This document shows positions 1 through 8,900 of a DNA stretch of 61,688 nucleotides, one piece after another. The notes under the pieces were generated by a model. That model ran no database searches. It saw nothing but the letters and a program-made list of their open reading frames with translations, and was not told the origin of the DNA. The stretch lies in the IMG/VR virus record IMGVR_UViG_3300044620_001837, one strand, 5' to 3'. The DNA comes from a virus. Made by a program: the position numbers and the translations under genes. How positions within the stretch are numbered: position 1 is the stretch's first letter; every line of letters begins with the position of its first letter.

Positions 1-63
1 AATTAGAAAACACCGAAATCCTGGTAAATACAAAAAAGAAAGAGACTTGATTTTGTCTGAAAT
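1..63. repeat. Terminal direct repeat, left copy (identical to 61626..61688)
   Basis: Bases 1-63 (AATTAGAAAACACCGAAATCC...GATTTTGTCTGAAAT) recur exactly at 61626-61688. An ORF reads in frame through the junction, so this is a circular-assembly overlap or terminal redundancy. Confidence 0.9.
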
Positions 64-100
64 TGAAAAAATGGAAGCCTTAATTAATGCAATGTCCTAA
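2..100 (+). CDS. 3' part of the junction-spanning small hypothetical protein (continues from 61549..61688)
   Basis: The frame carried over from 61549 through the 63-bp overlap stays open to TAA at 98-100. The tail reads ...KKERDLILSEIEKMEALINAMS*. Confidence 0.55.
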   Translation: MRKHRNPGKYKKERDLILSEIEKMEALINAMS

Positions 101-284
101 ATGCCAATCACAGAGAATCTCTAAAAAGGGATTCTCTGTGTCGGGAAAACAAAGATACCGATGTAAAGATTGCCAGTATTATTTCACTGGTAATCCCGTC
201 GGTAGACCGCCAGAAAATGAAACCAGCAACAACGCCGAAAGATGCCGGCGTTATCGATTAAAGAAAAAGAAATCAAGTTCTTAA
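87..284 (+). CDS. Stand-alone Zn-ribbon DNA-binding protein, IS1 InsA / IS1595 N-terminal-like, with no transposase catalytic domain
   Basis: Four-Cys pattern CPKC-x17-RYRCKDC followed by a basic tail (RCRRYRLKKKK). The start overlaps the end of the preceding ORF. Confidence 0.6.
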   Translation: MQCPKCQSQRISKKGFSVSGKQRYRCKDCQYYFTGNPVGRPPENETSNNAERCRRYRLKKKKSSS

Positions 285-293
285 AGGAGTTTT

Positions 294-788
294 ATGGATT
301 CTCAAAACAGCCCCGAAGTAGTTGCCTACCGCAAAAAACAAAAGCGCATGGCGGAAATTCTCTCTCGATTGGGAGAGATAGAAATTGAAAAAGTATCCTT
401 AGAGCGGCAAAAAGCCAAGTTATTAGCTGAGTACGAACAGTTAAATCAAATAGTTGTAAATCCAGAGGGAAAAGAAGAAAAGGGAAAAAGCAAATTCCAT
501 TTTCCCGAAGACTTAAAACATCGGCGAGAAGAGGCAGATTTGTTAATAGATTTGCTTCGATTGGATTACCTAGTAGGAAAGCCACGCATCTACATACAAC
601 CATCTTCGGTTGTATGCTGGGAGTTAAAGCCCACGCACGAACCAACAATTCGATGGGGATTGTGGCTTCAATCCTCTGGCTGGTCAATGGATAAAATTAA
701 CACCAAAGACCCCGACGAATGGGGAGACTACTTCCCTTGTGATGTGTATGATTTTGCTATTAGCAACGACTTAGAATTAGCGGAGTAA
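294..788 (+). CDS. Hypothetical protein with a coiled-coil N-terminus
   Basis: 164-aa ORF tightly packed after 87..284. No recognisable motif. Confidence 0.55.
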   Translation: MDSQNSPEVVAYRKKQKRMAEILSRLGEIEIEKVSLERQKAKLLAEYEQLNQIVVNPEGKEEKGKSKFHFPEDLKHRREEADLLIDLLRLDYLVGKPRIYIQPSSVVCWELKPTHEPTIRWGLWLQSSGWSMDKINTKDPDEWGDYFPCDVYDFAISNDLELAE

Positions 789-795
789 GGCAACA

Positions 796-966
796 ATGAA
801 CAACGAAGAAATAGAACAACTTGAATTTGAACTCGAACTAGAGTTAGAAGAAATCAACAACCAAATTGCAGAATTAAATGGCAGAAAGCATATCATATAC
901 CAAAAGCTTCGCAAACTATACAAGCACCTGTTAAAAAATGAGAATCAATTACAAGTAAAAAGCTAA
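796..966 (+). CDS. Small acidic coiled-coil hypothetical protein (56 aa, below the ORF-track cutoff)
   Basis: ATG at 796 lies 8 nt after the previous stop. Translation is MNNEEIEQLEFELELELEEINNQIAELNGRK...QVKS, ending at TAA 964-966. Confidence 0.4.
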   Translation: MNNEEIEQLEFELELELEEINNQIAELNGRKHIIYQKLRKLYKHLLKNENQLQVKS

Positions 967-1163
967 AAGAAAAAGCTAAAAGAAAAGGATAGAGAGTGTT
1001 GTTTACTTTCTGTCTTTTTTTTTGTCCCTTGTAGTATGTCTGTTTAGCTTTAAGTATTTCTAAGGACTGCTTATTTTATTTTTTTTTAAGAATCCCGTAA
1101 ATTCTGTATTCTCGACAAAAAGTTCAACCTGTCAACTCCAAAACTAAACACCCACAATATTGA

Positions 1164-1316
1164 TTAAAGGCTGCCGCAATTAATGCGACCAGTCCAACAC
1201 ATCCCAGAAGCCTCATTAGTTAACTGGTCTTTGTTGGATTCGGTAGTCTGAGCAAAGACAGGAGTGACAGTGACAAGAGCAGAAAATAACAAAACAGATG
1301 CTAGAATAGATTTCAT
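1164..1316 (-). CDS. Small secreted Cys-containing peptide (50-aa precursor)
   Basis: Starts at an internal Met of ORF 1164..1418. MKSILASVLLFSALVTVTPVFA/QTTES has signal-peptide n-h-c architecture. The mature ~28-aa part contains 2 Cys (CWTGRINC). Confidence 0.45.
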   Translation of the reverse strand: MKSILASVLLFSALVTVTPVFAQTTESNKDQLTNEASGMCWTGRINCGSL

Positions 1317-1619
1317 GACAAAAAAATAAGTAAGCTCAACTTTTGCTTTTATTATCGGGGGGGAATCCCTGTCTTTCTCTTTTTTGTAAGGATGATAATA
1401 TATGGGTATTTTTAACATATTGAGCGATATTTGGACAATGATTAAAAAATCTCCTCTATGGTTCCAGGTATTTTTGTTTAATTTACAGGTTTACCTGATC
1501 TTAGGTTTTATAGTGTGGGGAGTGGTTTGGGTTGTCTTAAGCCTGCTTTGACCAAAATTTTGTCGGTAACAGCTAGTAGGACTAAACACTATTCAGGAGT
1601 ATCTGAACAAACGACAAAT

Positions 1620-2045
1620 CCCCTGTCAATCCCTCTAGAGAAAGTTCTAGGGGGATTTTTGATGCGATGTAGAGAGAATAGGGATAGAAAGAAAAATGTT
1701 ATCTCTGTTAATCAATGTTATTTCCTCTCTAACATTCTCTATCCCTTTCCTCGCTTACGTTTCAGGCTTTTGTTATGGCTGTTAGGGGATTTTTTGTGTT
1801 TCCCGTTTTGTGTCGTTCGCTTTCCCGATCCCCTCAAAATTCCCCTTTATCCCCATTCTTCCCACCTCCTTGATAGAATCTATATCCCGATCAGTTTTCG
1901 TGTCTCTAGGCGTATTCTTATGGTCGAGTCTGGTTATTTACATCTTTTCTCTTTTTTTACTAGGATCGCCACAACATCCATAACACATTCCTGAAAAGCT
2001 TATCCCGTAAGCTTTTCAGGATGTTAGAAACTCTCTAACATTGAC
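1620..2045 (-). repeat. Dispersed non-coding element, copy A (inverted relative to copies B and C)
   Basis: The reverse complement of 2019-2043 equals 22770-22794 (CAATGTTAGAGAGTTTCTAACATCC). The reverse complement of 1951-1974 matches the GCGATCCTAGT box of B and C. 1631-1668 is the inverse of 53203-53240. It contains a perfect 13-bp hairpin at 1989-2019. Confidence 0.8.
1631..1660 (+). terminator. Rho-independent terminator-like hairpin
   Basis: CCCTCTAGA-gaaagt-TCTAGGGGG (9 bp, one G:T pair) followed by ATTTTT. The same hairpin occurs inverted at 53208-53240. Confidence 0.6.
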
Positions 2046-2127
2046 CTAATCCCGATAACATGGACGTATAGAGATTAATCTATAGTAACTATTCGGAAAA
2101 TTACGGGAAAAAATTCTAAAAATTCAC

Positions 2128-2157
2128 TTGACAATTCAAGAAAATTCGGGATATAGT
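2128..2157 (+). promoter_or_regulatory. Sigma70-type promoter P1, member of the conserved cassette family
   Basis: TTGACA at 2128-2133 followed by ATTCAAGAAA, an 18-nt spacer, and TATAGT at 2152-2157. Confidence 0.7.
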
Positions 2158-2159
2158 GA

Positions 2160-2396
2160 ATGTATCAAGAGACAAACAAAAAAAATAAGAAAAAAATATG
2201 GATTACTACGAAGCTTTCGATAAAGCCCGCAAAAGCGTGGGATTTTCCCGAAAACTTCACTGGCAAGCTGTCTAACATCAAAGGATCACCCTCGGATGAA
2301 TACAAAGCAGACATCTTAGACGATGAAAATCAAAAGGTGGGTGTTGCTCACAACCACATGGACGGAGACGAATGGTACTGCCAATACAAAAAATAA
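2160..2396 (+). CDS. Hypothetical protein with an uncertain start
   Basis: 78-aa ORF, but its ATG lies at or upstream of the predicted P1 start site. An alternative 25-aa ORF (MDYYEAFDKARKS...) starts at 2198 in another frame. Confidence 0.35.
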   Translation: MYQETNKKNKKKIWITTKLSIKPAKAWDFPENFTGKLSNIKGSPSDEYKADILDDENQKVGVAHNHMDGDEWYCQYKK

Positions 2397-2473
2397 TGAC
2401 GTGGCAACTAATTTTCTTGACTTTTTAAAGTGTATAATGTCTTAGGTTATCCCTAAGACATTTTTGCTTTGCT

Positions 2474-2908
2474 ATGGACGAAAAGACAACTCAAGAAATA
2501 ATTAAACGCTACCACGAAAATAATTATTTATCTTTCGTGGAAATAGCGGACGATTTAAAAATAAATTACCATGACCTCGTAAAGCAACTACAGCTATTAG
2601 CAAAAAAAATAAAGTTTAAGGTATTTAACCGCCAAAACAATAGAAATCCGCACGTTTTAAATGTTTCGCCATTTCTGATCGATTATTATTATATAGTCGA
2701 TTGCGATCTGCATATTCTCGCTGAAGTGTTCGGATATTCCTCGGCTCGTAACGTGCTTAGGGTAATGCAAAAAAACACAAACTACGCCGGGAAAAATAAA
2801 AATATGTTTTCAGAAAGAACCGACATTCCTCCGTTTCCACAGCATACTAAAAGAATGAGGGATAGAAATAAAAATAAAAATAAAAATAAAATAAAAGCAA
2901 CAAAATAA
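2474..2908 (+). CDS. Hypothetical protein, possible HTH, with an Asn/Lys-rich tail
   Basis: 144-aa AT-rich ORF. LSFVEIADDLKINYHDLVKQL is HTH-like. The C-terminal NKNKNKNK is encoded by (AAATAA)x4 at 2866-2889. Confidence 0.5.
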   Translation: MDEKTTQEIIKRYHENNYLSFVEIADDLKINYHDLVKQLQLLAKKIKFKVFNRQNNRNPHVLNVSPFLIDYYYIVDCDLHILAEVFGYSSARNVLRVMQKNTNYAGKNKNMFSERTDIPPFPQHTKRMRDRNKNKNKNKIKATK

Positions 2909-3304
2909 ATGATCAACTGGAACCTCGGAAAAGAATTAGCCATCGAAGGATTTGAGGAAATGGTGAATGAATTCGCTCAAGAAATAACCTATCAAATCCG
3001 CGATCCAAAATGGCAATGGCCGCGGGAAACGAGACGGCAAAACGGCATGATCGTCGGCTCTCCCCGGGACATCGTTGACACAGAAGAGCTAAAAAATAGC
3101 CAGTTTATCGAACATATTAGCGATACTGACAAAATTATCGGCTATACCGCCGAACACGCCCCTTATGTTCACGAAGGATACGAAATAGAGCGGGCTGATG
3201 GGGGGATAACCGATGTTCCAGCGCGTCCGTTTATTACCACAGCAGTCGAAGATTATGATCCGCTTGAAAGTTACGCTGATATTATGAGGGGAAAAATAGG
3301 TTGA
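2909..3304 (+). CDS. HK97 gp10-like head-tail joining / tail completion protein
   Basis: The ATG abuts the previous stop. The C-terminal region has ...GGITDVPARPFITTAV, matching the PARPF signature of the HK97 gp10 family. It sits upstream of the tail tube genes. Confidence 0.6.
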   Translation: MINWNLGKELAIEGFEEMVNEFAQEITYQIRDPKWQWPRETRRQNGMIVGSPRDIVDTEELKNSQFIEHISDTDKIIGYTAEHAPYVHEGYEIERADGGITDVPARPFITTAVEDYDPLESYADIMRGKIG

Positions 3305-3308
3305 AAAA

Positions 3309-3755
3309 ATGAATGAAGCCGAACTACGGGAAACCCTTCAAGCCCTCAGAAATAACCTAGAAATAATCCTAGATACCGATCTAGGAAAGTACGAGATAAT
3401 CAATCCCACTGGGCAAAAAATAAAAGAAGTTCCCGCTATCTGGGTAGAGCCACCCGAACTACCCGCAAATTACCGAATAAAAGCGAATAGCGGAATTGAG
3501 GCGATTATCCAACGGGAACCCGACCCCCGTTACGATCCCCTGCTCGGTAACTACATTGAGATGGCAAATTACACGATCGTCTTAAAGCAGTACGATCTGT
3601 CTCGTTCGCTGACTCCTGTAGTGGGCAGAATTCAAATTAGTCCTTACTGGAATATCCTCGAATTGCCCCGCGTGACTGCCTACCTAAAAACAGCCGAAGG
3701 CATAATCCGACCGAAAGCCACTATCAAAGTCTCCACTGCCAAACTTTTAAGGTAA
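3309..3755 (+). CDS. Hypothetical neck/tail protein, assigned by position only
   Basis: 148-aa ORF between the gp10-like gene and the putative major tail gene. Confidence 0.45.
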   Translation: MNEAELRETLQALRNNLEIILDTDLGKYEIINPTGQKIKEVPAIWVEPPELPANYRIKANSGIEAIIQREPDPRYDPLLGNYIEMANYTIVLKQYDLSRSLTPVVGRIQISPYWNILELPRVTAYLKTAEGIIRPKATIKVSTAKLLR

Positions 3756-3791
3756 AATATTACTTGAAACTTTCAGGTAAAAAATAAAATA

Positions 3792-4535
3792 ATGGCGACT
3801 TATTCAGACTTGCAAGCCCCAGATAATTTAACGCCGTCACGCAACGTGAAAGTGCTAGTGTCTGGCGTTTTTGCTTACGGAGATCCTGCGCCTACTAGAA
3901 CCGTCGCCCTCGCTGCAGGAGTTGACGAGGGCGACGATCAGATCACCGTTGCGTCCGAAGGATTCGGACGCATCTTGTTCGAGGGAACCAAGATCGAGAT
4001 CGGCACTACTGGGAGCTATGTTATCGTTCGCAAAAAAACCACGACTACAACGCAGACAGTGATCGACATCGAACGAGCGAAATTCACGGCCGCTCTCGCT
4101 ACTCCCACTCCGCAGACCTGTACGATCCGAGCGTGGATCCCGGTGATTTCGGCCAAAACCTATAATATCGACGCAAGCAATAATGAAGGCTCTGACTCGG
4201 TATTCTCGGACGATCTGGCGATGGAGAAGTTTATCGAAAGCGTCAACTACACTGGCTCTATTTCTGGGCCGGAAGTGTACGGCGATCCCGCTCTAAAGGT
4301 CATTACCACAGCCGAAGAAGAAGGAGCGTGCCTGTATCTCGAAATTCTCAAGCCCGGACAGCGCGGCGGTCGTGACGCTCAGTGCTATGTGTCGCGCGGG
4401 GAGAATGGCGAAAAAGCGTCCTATCTTCAAAACACCATCAACCTCACGATCACTGGTAAAGCGGGCTATATTGACGGTATGGCGACATCTCCGTTCGATA
4501 GTGATGTAGTTGCGGCTGACTACACCTTAGTATGA
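3792..4535 (+). CDS. Putative major tail tube protein
   Basis: 247-aa ORF directly upstream of the chaperone pair and the tape measure gene, with high coding bias. The call is positional. Confidence 0.5.
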   Translation: MATYSDLQAPDNLTPSRNVKVLVSGVFAYGDPAPTRTVALAAGVDEGDDQITVASEGFGRILFEGTKIEIGTTGSYVIVRKKTTTTTQTVIDIERAKFTAALATPTPQTCTIRAWIPVISAKTYNIDASNNEGSDSVFSDDLAMEKFIESVNYTGSISGPEVYGDPALKVITTAEEEGACLYLEILKPGQRGGRDAQCYVSRGENGEKASYLQNTINLTITGKAGYIDGMATSPFDSDVVAADYTLV

Positions 4536-4801
4536 TCCGACACCTAGTAGACGCGGAACAAGAGGTATTTCTCGTAAATTGCGAGATTCGTGGGGAATAT
4601 CTCTATTTTCGTGTCGGCGTGTTTGACAGAGAAATAAAGCAGAAAAATAAAGTTCTTCGCTCCGATCCCGATCCGAGGGGGAATCGAGACGAAATAGAGA
4701 TAGAGCTAGACCCTTTGTGGCTTGATGATCTTCCTCGGATGAAAAAAAATAAACGGGCAAAAATAAATGGCATTAAGTATTTTAGGGAAACTCAAAACTA
4801 A
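4532..4801 (+). CDS. Hypothetical protein
   Basis: An ATGA start/stop overlap with 3792..4535 suggests translational coupling. 89 aa. Confidence 0.45.
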   Translation: MIRHLVDAEQEVFLVNCEIRGEYLYFRVGVFDREIKQKNKVLRSDPDPRGNRDEIEIELDPLWLDDLPRMKKNKRAKINGIKYFRETQN

Positions 4802-5525
4802 CGAAACGTTTTTCTTCCCCTTGCGAAAAGAATGGATCGAGTACATTGACGACGAAACCCTACTAGAAAAACTCGATTCGATCGCATTAGAAAAAGATGG
4901 GGAAATCGGGATCGAATTCCTTAAGCGGTACGGTATCCACCCCTCGGAAAATAAAGCTATGCCGGTCGCCTCCGAAGCGCGAGACAAGGCTGACAAGGCG
5001 TACTTAGAACAGTTAAAAGCAGTCAGTCAAAAAACAGGGCTGTCTGTTGGAGAGGTCGAATCGATCGTTACTAGCGACAATTCGCTACTTGAAAAAGTAG
5101 AAGAAATAATTGTCAATGCAGCGGAAACGGTTGAGCTAGAAAGTGTCGAGAAAAAAATAGAGTCGGCAAAAATAGCCCAAGAATCTATTGTAAATTCCCG
5201 TAAACGCCGGCGAGAGTTTAGCAAAGAAACGGCTGACTTAATCACTCCTTACCTTGACGAACTAAATAAGCTCTATCAAGAAAGAGTAGACACTTTCGAC
5301 AATTACAATCGGGAATTAATCCGATTGTTTTTGAATAGCCCGCGCCGAACAAAAAAAGCGGGGGTAGAGTTTAGTCGAGAAGACATCGATGCTCTCCACC
5401 CTAGTATGTTGGTGCGCCTCTATAACGACTATGTTTATGCAGATATTAGTCAGTGGCCAAAGCCGTCCGAAAAGGAACCAGAACCTAAAGAAAAAGAAGA
5501 TGAGGAAACCGAAAAAAACGAATAG
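4767..5525 (+). CDS. Tail assembly chaperone, G-like (zero-frame product)
   Basis: Acidic 252-aa protein immediately upstream of the tape measure gene. It ends 4 nt after the slippery heptamer A_AAA_AAC. Confidence 0.65.
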   Translation: MALSILGKLKTNETFFFPLRKEWIEYIDDETLLEKLDSIALEKDGEIGIEFLKRYGIHPSENKAMPVASEARDKADKAYLEQLKAVSQKTGLSVGEVESIVTSDNSLLEKVEEIIVNAAETVELESVEKKIESAKIAQESIVNSRKRRREFSKETADLITPYLDELNKLYQERVDTFDNYNRELIRLFLNSPRRTKKAGVEFSREDIDALHPSMLVRLYNDYVYADISQWPKPSEKEPEPKEKEDEETEKNE

Positions 5526-5971
5526 ATGAGGCGATTAACGCTCGCCTAGAAGCGATAAACAACCCGATTGATTGGGAGAAAATCTATTTTCAGTGGTTCG
5601 CTTGGGGATTGCCGGCCGAAGAGTGGCACGAATGGCCAGACTGGATGATTCTCAAAAAATGGTCGGGAGTGCAGCGAATCAAGGCAGAAGAAATAAACTC
5701 GCTATCGGGAACCGTGAGCCAGATTGCCGCAATGGTTCATTCCTACATGAAAGCCCAAGCCAAGGATAGCGGAAAAATAAGCGACCTCACCCCAGGGGAT
5801 TTTCTCCCATACCGACTGGAAAAAGAGAAAGAAACTTTCTTCGATCCCGAAACCGCCGAGATATTGGTAGAGGCATTAAAAGCCGGGGAAGTCCCCGTTT
5901 ATGCCCTACAAATAATCGTGGATTGTGGACTATACGACGAACTCATACAGCTAGGAGACAAGGAAAAATGA
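4767..5971 (+). CDS. Tail assembly chaperone GT-like, a -1 frameshift fusion product (shift at 5513-5519)
   Basis: After a -1 slip at A_AAA_AAC the frame is open with no stop through 5609..5971 (ORF-track protein MPAEEWHEW...). Its TGA at 5969-5971 overlaps the tape measure ATG at 5968. Confidence 0.6.
5513..5519 (+). other. Programmed -1 ribosomal frameshift slippery heptamer A_AAA_AAC
   Basis: An X_XXY_YYZ heptamer in the zero frame of 4767..5525. A 6-bp hairpin AGGCGA-ttaacgc-TCGCCT at 5529-5547 lies 9 nt downstream. Confidence 0.6.
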
Positions 5972-8900
5972 CCGTTTCACTAGGTACGCTAGAAATCGGA
6001 CTAGGTTTAATTACTACTCAGTACGATACTGGTATCGCACGGGCAAAAGGTCAACTTGTCTCCCTACAGCGTATGGCCGCCCGCTCTGGGGTGACGGTGA
6101 AAATCGGGGTAAAAGTAGATGATCGCCCGTTGTACCAACTAAACGATCACCTTAAGTTAAAACGGGATGACCTCGATAAAACCAGCGATCACTATCGGCG
6201 CAACCCTATTCGGGTATTTGTCGAGGATCGGCAACTTGTTAGTCTTAATCAGCAGTTGCGAGAGTTAAAGCGTGTCAGCGTTGATATAAAAGTTCCGTCC
6301 CGACTTGTGGTCGAGCATCGGTTTTCGGGGTATCAGGACAAAGTAGAAAAAGAGATCGAGCGATCAACATCTCGCCTTGCCTCAGAAATCCGAAAATCCT
6401 ATAGCCGCGGAGGGATTGTTGGGGCGGCTAGTCGCTTAGTAACAGGCGTCATTGCTTTACCTTTTAAAGCTACTGCGACGGTTTTAAGAGACGTTGTTAG
6501 AGGCTATTTTGAAAGAATCGGACAAGAATTTTCTAACACTTGGGCAGTAGAACCATCACGCAATGCTGCAAGAAAAATAACTATTGCTATCAAAAAAATA
6601 GACAGATATTTATTAGGACAAAATCAAGTTCTTGAAACTTACTTGTCAGAATTGACTCGCTCTGGAAGCACAGAAAAAGCATTTAACGCCGCTTTTAAAA
6701 GAACTAATGTAAATCAGGTAATAGAAAGGTTTAAAACTCTACAAGAAATAGCTACGGTTCCTGCAAGTAAAACAAAGGAAAGATTAAGGTTAATTCAAAA
6801 AGACCCTGAACTATCGAAAATACTCAAACAATCAACAGAGGAAATACAAAAACAATATGCAGGACAGGGGTTGTCCAAAGCTGAAATAGCAAATTTATCA
6901 ATGCAACGATTTTTAGAAAATGCACAACCTCAGACAAAAGTAGTTAATATACTTAATTCTTTTTTAAAAGAAATTAGCCCCTTTTTACGCTTCGTACAGG
7001 GAATGAAAGACTACAGAACTTCCCTAGAAGCCCAAAAGATTTACAGTGAAAGAAAGGCGGGTTTCCCAAAATTAAAAGAAGGGGAAGACGTTGTTAGCGT
7101 CATTGGAGGCGCACAATTTAGAGGGGGGCAAGGCGGGCGTAAAGCAGCTATGTCTTTAGAGCCGTTAGCTCCCCAAAAAAGATTTATTCCTGTAGAAAAT
7201 CCTGAAACCGATACCGATTTAGAAAATGAAAGGCCAGCAGAAAAACAGTTTAAGGCTTTTATTTCTCGGAATTTAACCTTTTTAGAAGGGGAAGAAGCTC
7301 TAAACACCTTAATAAACGCTTTTAGGCAAATATCGTCTAGCTTGGACGCTTTTACTCCGTCAACTGCTGCGGCTCAAGCATTAGCCAACACAATGCTTGC
7401 TCAAGAGCAAGGACGTAAAGGAAATGTTGTTTCATATTCTTTGGGTGGTGTGGATAATATTCAATATGCCAGAACCGCTCAATTTATGGGAGTAAAAGAT
7501 ACTCAAGCGTTAGCAATGGCTTACCCTTTTGTTGACATAACCCAAAGCACACCCAAAAACTTCACGGCTTCGATGCTAACGTCCGATCCCCTCGGCTTTG
7601 TCAAGCTTCTAGGGATCGGGAATAAAACAAATCAATTTATGGGGATAGAAAGCACAAACCCCTATGGAAGTGCAAATCACCATCAGAAACATCTTTTTAA
7701 AAACATAGAATTTATAAATAAGTTTTTTGCAACAATTAACGCCAATATTCCAGATTTATCTCCTGGCAAAATATCAGCAATTGTAGAAGCAGGAGATAAG
7801 CTTTATGAGTTAATCGGTTCGATGAATCAAATAGAATCGGTGTTGAGTACAGGAGAATTTAATACCGATCTGCCTTTCCACAGATTTTTGCAAGGATACG
7901 ATGGGCAAACCACCAAGTCTAATGTCTTAGACTTGGTGTTAGAAATGATGCAAGATAACTTCGCAATTGAAGCATTTAAAGATGTGGAAGGAGCAGAAGA
8001 ATTTTATGCAAAGTTAAGAAATCAATTTGACAAAATTGCATCACAATTTAAAGAAAAATTTCAAGCGTCAGGCGTTAATTTACCAGAAAACCTTGCTAGA
8101 GATTTTGCTGGTTTTCTGAAATATCAGGAAGTGGCAGAAGGATACAATAAGTCCATGACGGAATTCCAGACCGGAAAAGTCTCTGAAAAACCGTCATGGT
8201 GGGCTGGCAATCTCGATCCCAATACCGTAAAACAGCGCACTGGGAAGCTACAGACAGAAACTATTCCATGGTTTAGAAAAGAAGGCTCTAAATTTGGCTC
8301 CTATCAAGACGCTTTAATAGAAATGTTTACCTTGATTGACAAGGTAACAAAAGAATATGTTAGTCGAGGCGGGAATTTATCGGACGAAACCAGACAAAAT
8401 CTTAAGTTTTTCCCAACTGAAACAATCCCAAGCGAAATAAACGCTTTTTTGGGAAAATCATTTCCTACCAAAAATTTACCCAAAGAAGAAATTGTTAGAG
8501 ACTTAAATCTGCAATTCCCTGAATATACTGCTTCAACATCTAATTTAACTGCTTTACAAAAAATTGATTATGAAGCTGAAAAACAAAGAGTAACTAAGTT
8601 ATTTAGAAATAGGCAAGCGGCTATTCTTGCGTACAATAAATTAATCACGGAACTAACCGCTGAAATTGTCCCTAGTATAGACAAAATAAAAGCGATCGGT
8701 ACGGGTTTTCCTGAACTAGGAATGCACGGCTCCTTTGCCTTTTTAACTGATGAATTTGTTTATAAAACCGATATTGACCCAGAAGGTGTTAATAAAAAGA
8801 TAGCAACTCCTAATGAACTAGAAACATATAAACAATTACAGGGGAGACTATCGCCGCTTCTTTATAAAGCGGTTCCCGATAAAGCTATCGTCACCGAAAG

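Noticed and set aside
87-284. InsA/IS1595-like Zn-ribbon as evidence of an insertion sequence
   Set aside because: There is no transposase catalytic ORF, no flanking inverted repeats and no target duplication. The gene sits in an operon that spans the genome junction, so it is more likely a domesticated DNA-binding regulator.
966-1030. T9 run (about 1016-1024) after 796..966 as a terminator
   Set aside because: I could not find a convincing GC-containing stem upstream of the T-run.
1515-1994. 159-aa ORF in the six-frame track
   Set aside because: It lies wholly inside dispersed non-coding element A, which is repeated at two other loci in either orientation. The protein is low-complexity and Leu/Phe/Arg-rich, and the ORF has no RBS. 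I treat it as spurious.
2866-2889. (AAATAA)x4 microsatellite, considered as a phase-variation tract
   Set aside because: The unit is 6 nt and in frame (it encodes NKNK...). Slippage would change only the tail length of a hypothetical protein, not switch expression.
3871-4062. Alternative-frame ORF within the putative major tail gene
   Set aside because: It is nested inside a longer, better-supported ORF. Its Arg/Ser/Pro-rich translation is typical of an off-frame reading.
5572-5769. 65-aa ORF in a third frame between the chaperone genes
   Set aside because: It overlaps the -1 frame GT extension, which explains this region better. It has no coding features.
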